From Ignavibacteria bacterium (lineage in GTDB: Bacteria > Bacteroidota > Ignavibacteria > Tepidaquicellales > OLB5): 64,000 nt of DNA. Each line of letters begins with the position of its first letter. Within the stretch, counting starts at the first letter, position 1. The position numbers and the translations under genes are program-made. Under the pieces are notes generated by a model. It searched no databases. It was given only the letters and a program-made list of their open reading frames with translations, and had not been told where the DNA came from. Location: the NCBI GenBank assembly GCA_039933555.1, contig JBDTNV010000002.1, positions 1,520-65,519 of the forward strand, given 5' to 3'. Positions 1-9,448 of this stretch are shown here, one piece after another.

Positions 1-2604
1 TGCCAAATACGCTTTTATCTTATCAATAAACGGAGGAGTATATTGCTCTGCCAACGATTCACACTGTGATAAATGAAATATCCCTTCACAACCCGGAGCT
101 GTTGTCTTTTCATCATCTGCTACAAAAAGCATCCTGTTCTTCCAGTAACCGTTATTTTCACCGTTTTCGTAAGCATCAATTTTATCAATATAACCATTTG
201 CATCAACCAATGAATTTGCAGGAATTCTTCCAATTGCAAGATCAGGCTTATCTATTAGATACTGCCCATCAACTACATTTGCAAAAAAATCATCCGTCGT
301 AAGGCCAAACACCTGGTGAATTACCGGACTTGTAAGCTCCCATGATGGGACATAATTACCTCCCTGGGTTTTTATGTTCTTATAATCATATCCCCCGTCA
401 CCCAAGAGACAAACATACGTGGGGCGGGTGCTCCAGTTATCAAAAGCATATTTCACAAAATCTCTGATTGCAACTGCATCCAGCAAACCACCTGAAAATT
501 CATTGTATATCTGATCAGTAGTTACTATCAGGGTCTTAAGATAGTCAGGATTAGAAGTTCCAACCTGCTCTCTTTTAGTCTTTATTCTTTCTGCTGCGGA
601 AATAAAATCCTTATGTGTAATAATAATAAAATCTGCCCCATCAGAAATTCCATGCAAATTCTGATTAGATACTCTTGAAGAAATCCCTGTCGGGGTTTTG
701 TAACCATTATCGCCAACTGTAAAGTACCTGCTTAAACTATTTCCGGCTTCAGTTTTCTGAAACTTAACATTAGAGCTTGATATAACCAAGGGCTGGATTA
801 GCTTCACATCACTTTGTGAAGTAGCATCAAATACTCTCACATTATTGCTGGAAAATGAAGAAACGTTATATTCAACTACACCTGTTGCATTGGGTGAATA
901 AAAATTCAGAAAATCATTTGTGACTGAGTTGAACCTTCTTTTGTAAAGTATTTCATACCAGTCAAGATAACCCTCAGCTTCACCGTTTGAAGCATAAAAT
1001 GTAGATCTCAATTTAACCTGTTCACCATTTGTTTTTTGTGACTGGTTAACTGTAAAATCATATGCCCTGGTATCAATCCAGGCATCAAAACCGGCGATTA
1101 CACATGATAACTGGTTGGAAAATTCAGACATATTTGAATAATCATCTTTTACCTGGAAATACCCGGTATTAGGACAAACTACACGTTGTGCCAATTTAGT
1201 ACGGTAAAAAATATCAGACCCATTTTCGAGTCCTGTTAATGTAGTATTCCACTCAAAAGATTGCCCGGGCCGTTTACCAAAACTAAGCCAAAGGTTACCT
1301 TCACTTATCAGGTTCGCTTCATCGGGCTCAGTAAATATTCTTTCTGTAAATGAAGAAGGAACTATGGGAGTATTGCTGGTTTCAGAAGGCGTTAATACCA
1401 TTCTTTTACCGTTATTAGGAGTATTAAAACTAATCCAATAGTAATTACTCCTTGTGTAATAATTTACATAATGATTAAACGTATTATTTGTAGTATCATA
1501 GGTCCAGTTATTAACAGACCTTCCATAGAATAATATGTAATCATTATTATCAAAGACACCATCATTTTCACCTTCTATATATATAGCATTTTCAACAAGG
1601 TCGTTGGGCCTGGATAAACCCATTCTTTCGCCTAAGAGATCGCCGCCATTTCCGTAAATCTTAATTGTTCTTGGGTCAACACCGTTTAGACTTATACCGC
1701 CGCTTTCGAGAAAACTTTTTGAAATTTTATAAATACCTTCGCTGTTTCCGGCATTATTGTCTTTAATCTCAATCTTATACCAATCGCCTGTGGTTAGTAC
1801 GCTGTTTGTAACCAGCCTGTCTTTAAAGGCATTTTTATATTTTAGATTAACCCAGTTAACCGCTGTATTAGAATTAATTCCGCTGTTTGACAGCAATGAC
1901 ATCTCTTCTTTGCTTCTGGGTCTGTTTAACTGGGCCGGTGTTTCACCAAAATTTATTCGTATCCTTACCCTGGAATAATATTTGATAGTTTTTGTTACGG
2001 GGTTATATTGAATCGGATATATTACTACATTTCCTGTTACAAGGTCCCTTAATGGACCCTCTCCGGTTAAGCTTACAAAATTTTCCGGAAGAAATTTATT
2101 CTGGGAATATTCAGCATTCTTATTGTAAGTGTAAAAAATGTTTTCAAAGCTTCTTACATTCGGATCAAAAAAACCAATCTGCGGTACCGGCGCAATGTTT
2201 ATATTTTGTACTTCTTTTACATCAAAATCTAATACCTGTATCGTATTACCTTTTTCGGAAGGGAGAAAAATTGAGAAGTTTCTGTACCTCAAATCCGGGC
2301 TCCCAGATTTCGTAATGTCATTATCTACCCCATTTTGAAATTCAAAAGTAGATAAATATTCATTATTACTAAACAATTTTTGTTCGTTAACATCTGCAGG
2401 GTAGTACTCAAGCTCTATGTATGATGAGTTAGAGGTTAGTATTTTATAATCCGGTTTTACTTCACCAAAGAGATAATCGCTCAATTCAGGTCCTTTTTTA
2501 TCGGTACCTGTTGAGCTTTTTGTAAAAATATCACTTCCCTGTGCAAAAATATTTGCACCGGTAAGAATAATTAGAGCAATCAGGGAATTTTTGAATGATT
2601 TCAT
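1..2604 (-). CDS. porU: Peptidase C25 (gingipain-like) family protein, probable T9SS sortase PorU; N-terminus in window, C-terminal part runs off the left edge
   Basis: Absent from the ORF track because it has no in-window stop. Manual minus-strand translation from ATG 2604..2602 gives the signal peptide MKSFKNSLIALIILTGANIFAQG. I translated codons 2604..2536 and 663..1, which lie in one reading phase; the stretch between was not translated and its continuity is assumed. Codons in ~660..1 read ..HGISDGADFIIITHKDF..SGGLLDAVAIRDFVKYAF..TYVCLLGDGGYDYKN..GLTTDDFFANV..LAIGRIPAN..MLFVADDE.., the C25 catalytic-domain pattern. The PorU call is inferred from the T9SS-rich context. Confidence 0.7.
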   Translation of the reverse strand, partial: MKSFKNSLIALIILTGANIFAQGSDIFTKSSTGTDKKGPELSDYLFGEVKPDYKILTSNSSYIELEYYPADVNEQKLFSNNEYLSTFEFQNGVDNDITKSGSPDLRYRNFSIFLPSEKGNTIQVLDFDVKEVQNINIAPVPQIGFFDPNVRSFENIFYTYNKNAEYSQNKFLPENFVSLTGEGPLRDLVTGNVVIYPIQYNPVTKTIKYYSRVRIRINFGETPAQLNRPRSKEEMSLLSNSGINSNTAVNWVNLKYKNAFKDRLVTNSVLTTGDWYKIEIKDNNAGNSEGIYKISKSFLESGGISLNGVDPRTIKIYGNGGDLLGERMGLSRPNDLVENAIYIEGENDGVFDNNDYILFYGRSVNNWTYDTTNNTFNHYVNYYTRSNYYWISFNTPNNGKRMVLTPSETSNTPIVPSSFTERIFTEPDEANLISEGNLWLSFGKRPGQSFEWNTTLTGLENGSDIFYRTKLAQRVVCPNTGYFQVKDDYSNMSEFSNQLSCVIAGFDAWIDTRAYDFTVNQSQKTNGEQVKLRSTFYASNGEAEGYLDWYEILYKRRFNSVTNDFLNFYSPNATGVVEYNVSSFSSNNVRVFDATSQSDVKLIQPLVISSSNVKFQKTEAGNSLSRYFTVGDNGYKTPTGISSRVSNQNLHGISDGADFIIITHKDFISAAERIKTKREQVGTSNPDYLKTLIVTTDQIYNEFSGGLLDAVAIRDFVKYAFDNWSTRPTYVCLLGDGGYDYKNIKTQGGNYVPSWELTSPVIHQVFGLTTDDFFANVVDGQYLIDKPDLAIGRIPANSLVDANGYIDKIDAYENGENNGYWKNRMLFVADDEKTTAPGCEGIFHLSQCESLAEQYTPPFIDKIKAYLA

Positions 2605-2628
2605 TCTGGTAATATTAATTTTTTAAAA

Positions 2629-2664
2629 TAAAAAAACCGAAATTGAATAAATAGTTCAATTCGG
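2629..2664 (-). terminator. Intrinsic-terminator-like hairpin plus U-run inside the porU leader (possible attenuator)
   Basis: Minus strand CCGAATTGAA-ctattta-TTCAATTTCGG (10 bp, one bulge) followed by TTTTTTTAT. It ends only ~24 nt before the porU ATG. Confidence 0.6.
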
Positions 2665-2772
2665 CTTTATAAAAATCCTTACAAAATATATTGCTAGCGG
2701 CATCCGTTTTTATAAAACCGAAATTCAAACCTCTAACAATTATTCTATAATTTTTTACCCTCTTTATACAGC

Positions 2773-2801
2773 AATATATATTGAGAAGTAAGAAATGTCA
2801 A
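2773..2801 (-). promoter_or_regulatory. Sigma70-like promoter candidate upstream of porU
   Basis: Minus strand reads TTGACA (2801..2796), a 17-nt spacer, then TATATT (2778..2773). Whether an FCB-type sigma factor uses it is unknown. Confidence 0.35.
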
Positions 2802-2850
2802 GACAAAATGTCCCGTAAAAGAGCCGGAAATCGCTTCAAACTATAATAAT

Positions 2851-3954
2851 TTAAACACTTAAATAGGGCATTGCAGTTTCAAATACATTCAAAACATCAA
2901 TATTTTTTATATTTTCTCCGGATGCCTGAATCGAAGCTTTATTTACACCAATAGGACCCCATTCATATGCTTTTGTAGGCCCAAATAGCCCAATAACAGG
3001 GATATCAAATCCAGACGCAAGATGCATAATTCCCGTATCATTTGATATAAATAGGGAGGTTTTGCTGATATTTGCAGCATTTTTCATCAATTCCCCATAA
3101 TATTTAGAGTATGTAACATGCGGGTATTTGTTTTTTAAGCTCTTTTCAAGGTTTTCGATATACTTCTTGTCATCCGGGCCCTCGGAAATATAGAAATATG
3201 CACTTGTTCTTCTATATAGTAACTCCATCAACTCAGCAAATTTTTCGGGTGGCCACACATTTTGCTCCTTGGCTGCGCCGGGGTGCAATCCGATCACCAT
3301 TCTACGGCTTTCAGGAAAGTTAGATGAGTAGTATTCTGCTGCAAAATTTTCTGTCTCAGGGGTTAGTTTTAACTTTATCGAGCTTTCACTGCGTGGAATC
3401 CCAAGCTGCCATATAACATCAAGATTCCTTTCGATCTGATGAACTTTCTTGGAATCCCATAAAAAGTCTTTTTTGATGTTAAGAGTGTAACCTATTTTAT
3501 TCTGCTCAAAATCTTTTGACCTGACCCCGGCCCGGAATTTAGCCTGGGAATAATATGCAATTAAATGATTCGAAGCCGAAAATATTACCGAAGATGGCAC
3601 TAAAGCAAGCTGCGGTTTCTTCTCACGTAGGATCTTAATTAACTCTACAAACTTCTCAAATCCATATTCATACAAAATCACATTATCAACAGGTGAGAAA
3701 TTGTTTTCAAAAATTTCCTTAAACTTCGTAGAGCTTTTTGTAACGAGAGTAATTTCTGCTTCAGGATAATAATTTCTTAAGGCGCGCATCATAGGTAAAG
3801 AGCATAACATATCACCAAGCTGGTGCCTTACTATAACTAAAATATTTTTAATGTTTACTAGTTCTTCATGTGAGGGTGATACGTCTTTTTCAAGAACAAA
3901 TCCCTTGAATATTTTTAATCCAAAATCCCCGAGTATCTTTTCTATCTTGCTCAA
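2851..3954 (-). CDS. Glycosyltransferase family 9 (ADP-heptose:LPS heptosyltransferase-like)
   Basis: 367 aa. N-terminal ..VRHQLGDMLCSLPMMRALRNYYPEAEITLV.. and C-terminal ..SNDTGIMHLASGFDIPVIGLFGPT.. are GT9 signatures. Confidence 0.8.
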   Translation of the reverse strand: MSKIEKILGDFGLKIFKGFVLEKDVSPSHEELVNIKNILVIVRHQLGDMLCSLPMMRALRNYYPEAEITLVTKSSTKFKEIFENNFSPVDNVILYEYGFEKFVELIKILREKKPQLALVPSSVIFSASNHLIAYYSQAKFRAGVRSKDFEQNKIGYTLNIKKDFLWDSKKVHQIERNLDVIWQLGIPRSESSIKLKLTPETENFAAEYYSSNFPESRRMVIGLHPGAAKEQNVWPPEKFAELMELLYRRTSAYFYISEGPDDKKYIENLEKSLKNKYPHVTYSKYYGELMKNAANISKTSLFISNDTGIMHLASGFDIPVIGLFGPTKAYEWGPIGVNKASIQASGENIKNIDVLNVFETAMPYLSV

Positions 3955-3964
3955 ACCAAAGCGC

Positions 3965-4159
3965 TCAGTCTTTCTTCACTTCGCGAAACTCAGCATCCTG
4001 TATCATATTTACATCATAAGATTTCTTTTGAGAGGTATTTTCTTTGCCGGGTTTACCGTTGTTCTGCTGACCGGTGTTTTGCCTAGATAAATTTCTGAGA
4101 AATCTTCTGATAAATAGAAATACAAAATATAAAAGTATTGCAATTATTACATAGCGCAT
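3965..4159 (-). CDS. Small single-pass membrane protein (DUF4834-like)
   Basis: 64 aa with a hydrophobic N-terminus MRYVIIAILLYFVFLFI, then a polar tail ending ..DAEFREVKKD. Its ATG overlaps the stop of the upstream kinase gene (TAATG), which suggests translational coupling. Confidence 0.45.
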   Translation of the reverse strand: MRYVIIAILLYFVFLFIRRFLRNLSRQNTGQQNNGKPGKENTSQKKSYDVNMIQDAEFREVKKD

Positions 4160-4830
4160 TATTGGGCTGCTTTCCTAAGTGAAGGGTTATAATATTTTAC
4201 AGCCGATTGATCTGATTTAAAAATTTCGTTTACCAAGTCATCAAAATCCGCTGTGTTATTCACAAAATCAGTTTCTTCGCAGTTCACAATCATAATTTTA
4301 GTTGCTTTATATCTCGAAAAGAAATAATTATAAGCTTCATTCAGGCTGTTAATATATTCTTCGCTGATTTCTTTTTCAATCTCTCTTTGTCTCTTTCTAA
4401 TATTCTGCATAAGTCTTTCAACCGAAGACTGCAGGTAAATAACTAGGTCCGGTACAACTATCCCTTTATCAAGTCCCTGAACAACCAGTTCATATATCTT
4501 TAACTCGTCGTCACTAAGATTTAAATATGCAAAAATCTTGTCTTTTTCAAAAATATAATCGCTTACAACAAAATTCTGGAAAAGCTCTTTCTGGTGAACA
4601 TTCTGAAGCTGGGTATACCTTTCAAGCAGAAAGAACATTTGTGTTCTAAGAGCATATTCCTCGGGCCTGATGTAAAATTTTTCAAGAAAAGGGTTATCTT
4701 CAAAGTTTTCAAGTATCAGCTTGGCATTAAGCCGCTCTGAGAGCATTTGCGCAATTGATGTTTTGCCTGCGCCAATAACACCCTCTACAGCAATATAACT
4801 TAAACTTGTATTGGAAATATTACTAATCAA
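4159..4830 (-). CDS. Deoxynucleoside kinase family protein
   Basis: 223 aa. P-loop IAVEGVIGAGKTS followed by ..ENFEDNPFLEKFY.., typical of dNK/dGK/dAK kinases. Confidence 0.8.
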   Translation of the reverse strand: MISNISNTSLSYIAVEGVIGAGKTSIAQMLSERLNAKLILENFEDNPFLEKFYIRPEEYALRTQMFFLLERYTQLQNVHQKELFQNFVVSDYIFEKDKIFAYLNLSDDELKIYELVVQGLDKGIVVPDLVIYLQSSVERLMQNIRKRQREIEKEISEEYINSLNEAYNYFFSRYKATKIMIVNCEETDFVNNTADFDDLVNEIFKSDQSAVKYYNPSLRKAAQ

Positions 4831-5323
4831 ATGATATTACTTCTTTAACTTTACAATTATCTGTACTTTTCTCATAAAGGCTTTTTATACTTTTATTAAG
4901 AATTGGATGAATAAACCCCGGTATTAGTTCAACAAGGGGTTTAAGAACAAAATTCCTTTGCTGAATACACGGATGCGGAACTTTTAGCTTATATTCATTA
5001 ATTATTTTGCTTCCATAAAAAAGGACATCAATATCAATTTCTCTTGCCTGCCACTTGCTGTTATCCTTCCTGCCTGCATCGATTTCATAACTTTTTAAAA
5101 GTACCAGAAGTTCAGCTGGTTCCAGCCTGCACAGGAATACTGCAGCGCAATTTAAGAAGTTGTTTTGTTTTTTATATCCCCAAGGCTCAGTTTCATAAAT
5201 TTTTGAAACTGCAAGTAGATTAAGATCTTTGTTTAATGAAAGGGTTCTTAAAGCTCTCTTAATATTTAGAAACCTGTTCCCCATATTTGAACCAAATCCC
5301 AGTACTGCTTTTTCTGCTATCAA
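4823..5323 (-). CDS. folK: 2-amino-4-hydroxy-6-hydroxymethyldihydropteridine pyrophosphokinase (HPPK)
   Basis: 166 aa with ..GSNMGNR.., ..ETEPWG.., ..REIDIDVLFYG.. and ..LKVPHP..RNFVLKPL.. Overlaps the downstream kinase gene by 8 nt. Confidence 0.85.
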   Translation of the reverse strand: MIAEKAVLGFGSNMGNRFLNIKRALRTLSLNKDLNLLAVSKIYETEPWGYKKQNNFLNCAAVFLCRLEPAELLVLLKSYEIDAGRKDNSKWQAREIDIDVLFYGSKIINEYKLKVPHPCIQQRNFVLKPLVELIPGFIHPILNKSIKSLYEKSTDNCKVKEVISFD

Positions 5324-5728
5324 TTATTGTTCATCTTTAACTGCATGCCTGTATTCAGAATGCTCGACTTCGACATAATCTGTTAATCCCCCTACAGGCG
5401 GTGAGGGTTTGCGAACATTAATTACAACCTTTTGAACCATTGAGAAATTCTCAATTATCTTAAGGGCAATCCTGTATGCGAGCGCTTCAATCAGAAAGAA
5501 TTTTTCCTGTGAAATTACTTCTTTGATAAATTTATATGCCATTTCGTAATCTAATGTCTTTTTAAGATTATCTTCTGCCTCAGCTTCAGTTACATCGCAG
5601 GTCATTTCTGCATCAATTTCAAAGAGCCCGCCGCTCATTCTTTCTGCATCAAGAACTCCATGGTGAGCATAAAACCTGGCGTTTTTTATTCGAATTATTG
5701 TGTAATTCATTTTAATTATCCTTGTCAT
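5324..5728 (-). CDS. folB: Dihydroneopterin aldolase
   Basis: 134 aa with ..ARFYAHHGVLDAERMSGGLFEIDAEM.. Abuts the folK start. The real start may be the internal Met at 5710. Confidence 0.8.
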   Translation of the reverse strand: MTRIIKMNYTIIRIKNARFYAHHGVLDAERMSGGLFEIDAEMTCDVTEAEAEDNLKKTLDYEMAYKFIKEVISQEKFFLIEALAYRIALKIIENFSMVQKVVINVRKPSPPVGGLTDYVEVEHSEYRHAVKDEQ

Positions 5729-5791
5729 GCTGAAATGGGGTTCAGCATCTAATAATATTGGAATCTGAAATAAATTATGGAAATAAATTAC

Positions 5792-6871
5792 CTATTTCTT
5801 TTTCCTTTTTATCTGTTTTTTAGCCTTTGGTTTTACGCTTTTTGAAACTTTTGTTTTTTTCTTAGTGACATTGCTGTTTGTTTTGCTTTTCTTTACTGAT
5901 GACGGTTTAATCTTAGCAGATTTTGATATTTTCTTTTTTGTTGATTTGACCGTAGTTTTTGTTTTTGCCTTCTTAGCTTTTGCTTCATCCAGAGCTAATT
6001 TTACCATTGAACCCATTTCTGCAGGTGATTCAGCTACATAGATCCCTGCATCTTTTAATGCTTTGATCTTATCTTCTGCGGTTCCTTTTCCGCCTGCTAT
6101 GATAGCACCGGCATGCCCCATTCTTCTTCCCGGAGGCGCAGTCCTGCCGGCAATAAAGCCTACAACAGGTTTTGTTACATATTTCTTTACGTATTCAGCA
6201 CATGTTTCTTCTGCGTTTCCGCCAATTTCACCGATCATAATTATAGCATCTGTACTTTTATCTTCATTAAAAAGTCTCATTGCATCAATAAAGTTAGTCC
6301 CTATGATAGGATCACCGCCTATACCAATACAGGTTGATTGTCCTAATCCCAAAGCAGTTAACTGCGCAACAGCTTCATACGTCAAAGTACCGCTTCTGGA
6401 AATTAAACCAACTCTACCGGGTAAATGTATGAACCCAGGCATAATACCAATTTTACATTCACCGGGTGTAATTATTCCGGGGCAATTAGGTCCAATCATT
6501 CTAACATTTCTTCCCGCTTTATTGATATCTTCAAGATAATTCTTAGCAGTTATCATATCCTTAGTAGGAATACCTTCTGTAATTGTTACAATAACATCTA
6601 CACCGGAATCAGCTGCTTCAAGTATTGCATCCAGTGCAAACGCGGGAGGCACAAAAATGACCGCAGTATTTGCTCCGGCTTTTTCAACTGCCTCTTTGCA
6701 TGTATTATAGACAGGCACTTTATCATCGAACATTGTTCCGCCTTTGCCGGGTGTCACGCCAGCAACAACATTGGTACCGTATTCAATCATTTGTCTTGTA
6801 TGAAAGGAACCTTCAGAGCCGGTTATGCCCTGTACCATTAATCTTGTGTTTTTATTTACTAAAACGCTCAT
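5792..6871 (-). CDS. sucD: Succinyl-CoA synthetase alpha subunit with a ~65-aa lysine-rich C-terminal extension
   Basis: First ~295 aa are canonical SucD ([24 protein letters not shown].., ..RMGHAGAII..). The same frame continues into ..[33 protein letters not shown]...KQIKRKKK. No sucC is adjacent. Confidence 0.9.
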   Translation of the reverse strand: MSVLVNKNTRLMVQGITGSEGSFHTRQMIEYGTNVVAGVTPGKGGTMFDDKVPVYNTCKEAVEKAGANTAVIFVPPAFALDAILEAADSGVDVIVTITEGIPTKDMITAKNYLEDINKAGRNVRMIGPNCPGIITPGECKIGIMPGFIHLPGRVGLISRSGTLTYEAVAQLTALGLGQSTCIGIGGDPIIGTNFIDAMRLFNEDKSTDAIIMIGEIGGNAEETCAEYVKKYVTKPVVGFIAGRTAPPGRRMGHAGAIIAGGKGTAEDKIKALKDAGIYVAESPAEMGSMVKLALDEAKAKKAKTKTTVKSTKKKISKSAKIKPSSVKKSKTNSNVTKKKTKVSKSVKPKAKKQIKRKKK

Positions 6872-6918
6872 TAACCGCTGCTTTCTATATTAAAAATTAT
6901 GTTTTATTGTGGGAAATA

Positions 6919-6926
6919 CAAAAATA
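6919..6926 (-). promoter_or_regulatory. TAnnTTTG-type -7 promoter box upstream of sucD
   Basis: Minus strand CTATTTTTGTAT, 48 nt upstream of the sucD ATG. Nearly the same 12-mer as at 9641..9652 and 17456..17467. Confidence 0.4.
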
Positions 6927-6974
6927 GGGATTAAATTTTTATGAAAAAATACCAGAGAATTGCTTGAAAAACAC

Positions 6975-7001
6975 AAAAGCAGGTAAAAAAACCCTGCTTT
7001 T
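6975..7001 (-). terminator. Hairpin terminator downstream of the 7196..9448 cargo gene
   Basis: AAAAGCAGG-9 nt-CCTGCTTTT. On the minus strand it is followed by GTGTTTTT. Confidence 0.55.
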
Positions 7002-7183
7002 GCACCACAAAAATGAATCTAATAGGGAAACTTAAGAAGAATAATTCTTACTTTTAAAAATTTTTATGAGGTTACTAATGTAGATGTTCATGGCTTTATA
7101 TTTATTTTTTTGGTTTCGTTTAATTATGAAACTGAGTAATATTTTAATTGTTTATTTTAACCACCTGTCGCTGCCAGGTTTCA

Positions 7184-7202
7184 AAAATAGCTCCGCTATT
7201 TT
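7184..7202 (-). other. 8-bp hairpin that includes the stop codon of the cargo gene
   Basis: Minus strand AAAATAGC-gga-GCTATTTT. The TAG stop (7198..7196) lies in the 5' arm. The same structure occurs at 13761..13779, and a covarying one at 15628..15649. Confidence 0.5.
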
Positions 7203-9448
7203 ATCAAGATCATTTTCTTTGAATCAGAAAAACTGCCCGCCTTTATTGTATAGAAATAAACGCCGCTGGATAGAGTACCGGCATCGTATTTAACTTTATA
7301 CTCCCCGGCTTTTCGGAATTCATCAGTTATAACATCTATTTCTTTGCCAAGCAAATCAAATATTGAAATCTTAACGTTTACATCAATTGGCAAATTGAAT
7401 TTGAATTCAGTTGAAGGGTTAAACGGATTTGGATAACACTGAAAGAGTTCAAATTTTCCCGGTATAATGTTTGATACAGAACTAATTCCTGTAATGGAAT
7501 TATTTATTCTTAACCCCCAGCCTAAGAGGAGAGCTGAAGGCATAGAGCTGGAATGCTGAATGCTCAGAACCCAGTTACCCTGAGCGGCAGTATTGCCAAA
7601 ATTCCCAAAAGAATTAAATGGTCCTGCAAGGTAAGACCATGGGGGATAAAATTCGGTTAATGGTTCCTGTCCGTCTTTGAAAAAAGTAAGTATGTTCCTT
7701 CCATAACCTCCGGTTCCGTTTTCCAGTATTCTCTCCTGTCCGTTCGGAGCTTTTAATTTAACTACAATACCGCCAATATTAGGGTGCTGTAAAGAAAGAA
7801 AAACCTCTATTACAGATAGCGAAACATTGCCCGGAATGTAAATGGTATCGTATACCGTTGCGAACTGATCAATGGTTTTGTTTGGTACCCTGATAGAAAA
7901 TCCTGCCGGGAAAGGATTATCAGGATTATCACCCCTGTTTATAGTTGTGGAGTGTGCATCATAGAAATCCGTTAAAGGACCGCCTACAAATTCGGCATTA
8001 TACCCGCTGAAACGACAGCCGGACCGGCCTGAAGGATTATCTGTTTTAAATGTTGCATACAATAAGCCAACTGATAAATAATTTCTCAGATTCCCTTCAA
8101 AATCCCACGCAGCTGCAAGCGGTCCGGTTAATGTCTCTGATCTTACTGAATTAAACATATTTATTTTGATTTCTTCATTTGTCATTTCTCTCGACCATAT
8201 TCTGATCTCGTCCATCCATCCGGTAAAATATGTATTCTCATCCCATTGCCAGCTTCCAAACCTTAATTCACTGGTATTTACCGGCATAACTGTAGTTATT
8301 GTATTCTCTCCGGTAAATTGACCATTAAGATAGAATTTTACAGTATAAGTACCTGATGAATAACTCCATGCTACTGCTATATGAAACCAGTTTGATGCCG
8401 GCAAAAGTGGACCTGAAATTATGTTGTTTGGACCAATCTGAAATTTCAGAATTCCTGAGGCATCAATAAAAAGGCGGTAAGAAGTATTTCCGAGTGTATT
8501 ACCTTTTGCAAGAATTGTTATTGGAGTAGATGTACCGACAGTCGCAATCCATAATTCAATCGTTCCTCCCGATGATAAATTTAATGCGCTATTATCGGCA
8601 ACCTTTACATAGTCAATTGCCCTGCCTGGAAAATACAATGCCAGATTATATGGTATGGGCTGGCCCTGGATATTAGTATACAACTGCTGGGCTCCACCTC
8701 TCAAATAGCCGTTATAATTATTAATGTTCTCAAATACTGTTTGCCCGAAAATATTAAAGGTCCACGAAGCTTTTAACCCGTTATAAATTTGTCCGCCGGT
8801 AATTGCAGAATCAAAATTAGCAGATGCTTCTCCTCCTAATCCAACAAACCTGTTGGTGGAAATCCGGCTCACATCAGAAAGTGTATTCCATAATCTAACC
8901 TCGTCAACGTAACCGTTCAAATATGATCCGGGTGTTAATCTGCTGCCGCCAATTGTCAGTGAATCAGAATTTGCCGATAATACTGCCGGTGAAATTATAT
9001 TTGCAACCTGGTTCCCGTTCTTAAAAAGAGAAATGTGAAAGTTCGGATTAAAATTTATCCATGATGCAGCAACATGAACCCAGCTGTTAAGCTGAACAGT
9101 TGTATCGGTAACAAATGAAGTATTATTTAATTTCAGGAAAATTTTCCCTGCACCTGTAATCCCAAATTCCAACAGGGTCCCTTTCTGAAGTATATATGAA
9201 TCATTGGGATTCAAAGAATTTAAATATATCCACGCTTCAACTGTACCTGCAAGCTCCGGATTTAATGCTGCATTGGGAGGAATTGCGACATACTTTCCGG
9301 GTCCCGATAAATTTCCTAATATCCCGTTATGAGATTGAAAACCATAAACATCTGTAACATCATTATTGAAAACCTGCGAATAAGAAATATTTATCATTGT
9401 TAAACAAAAAAACAAAAACAGTTTAATTCCGTCTTTAAAAAATTCCAT
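7196..9448 (-). CDS. Secreted LamG/concanavalin-like repeat protein with a proprotein-convertase P-domain-like module and a T9SS C-terminal sorting domain
   Basis: 750 aa. Signal peptide MEFFKDGIKLFLFFCLTMINISYSQ. LamG-type motifs ..YVDEVRLWN.. and ..WMDEIRIWS.. P-domain-like ..VFLSLQHPNIGGIVVKLKAPNGQE..GNWVLSI.. CTD ..CYPNPFNPSTEFKF...KKMILIK. AGGAG lies 8 nt upstream of the ATG. Confidence 0.7.
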   Translation of the reverse strand: MEFFKDGIKLFLFFCLTMINISYSQVFNNDVTDVYGFQSHNGILGNLSGPGKYVAIPPNAALNPELAGTVEAWIYLNSLNPNDSYILQKGTLLEFGITGAGKIFLKLNNTSFVTDTTVQLNSWVHVAASWINFNPNFHISLFKNGNQVANIISPAVLSANSDSLTIGGSRLTPGSYLNGYVDEVRLWNTLSDVSRISTNRFVGLGGEASANFDSAITGGQIYNGLKASWTFNIFGQTVFENINNYNGYLRGGAQQLYTNIQGQPIPYNLALYFPGRAIDYVKVADNSALNLSSGGTIELWIATVGTSTPITILAKGNTLGNTSYRLFIDASGILKFQIGPNNIISGPLLPASNWFHIAVAWSYSSGTYTVKFYLNGQFTGENTITTVMPVNTSELRFGSWQWDENTYFTGWMDEIRIWSREMTNEEIKINMFNSVRSETLTGPLAAAWDFEGNLRNYLSVGLLYATFKTDNPSGRSGCRFSGYNAEFVGGPLTDFYDAHSTTINRGDNPDNPFPAGFSIRVPNKTIDQFATVYDTIYIPGNVSLSVIEVFLSLQHPNIGGIVVKLKAPNGQERILENGTGGYGRNILTFFKDGQEPLTEFYPPWSYLAGPFNSFGNFGNTAAQGNWVLSIQHSSSMPSALLLGWGLRINNSITGISSVSNIIPGKFELFQCYPNPFNPSTEFKFNLPIDVNVKISIFDLLGKEIDVITDEFRKAGEYKVKYDAGTLSSGVYFYTIKAGSFSDSKKMILIK

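Noticed and set aside
66-2338. Plus-strand ORFs of 66-107 aa in the track (66..302, 1757..1978, 1992..2315, 2138..2338)
   Set aside because: They lie antisense to the porU-like minus-strand reading frame, have low-complexity or odd composition, and show no motifs. They are by-products of the real gene on the other strand.
5792-5990. Lysine-rich region as a separate histone-like gene
   Set aside because: There is no stop codon or start signal between it and the SucD body. It is a continuous in-frame extension, and is reported as a finding instead.
6063-6927. Plus-strand ORFs overlapping sucD (6063..6539, 6113..6337, 6425..6841, 6670..6927). Similar antisense ORFs occur inside other long genes (e.g. 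22771..23172, 28535..28912, 37592..38086, 44755..45147, 47143..47628, 50502..50870, 60523..60861).
   Set aside because: Each is fully embedded antisense, or out of frame, in a gene with strong family motifs. The translated sequences are Pro/Ser/Cys-rich nonsense typical of shadow ORFs.
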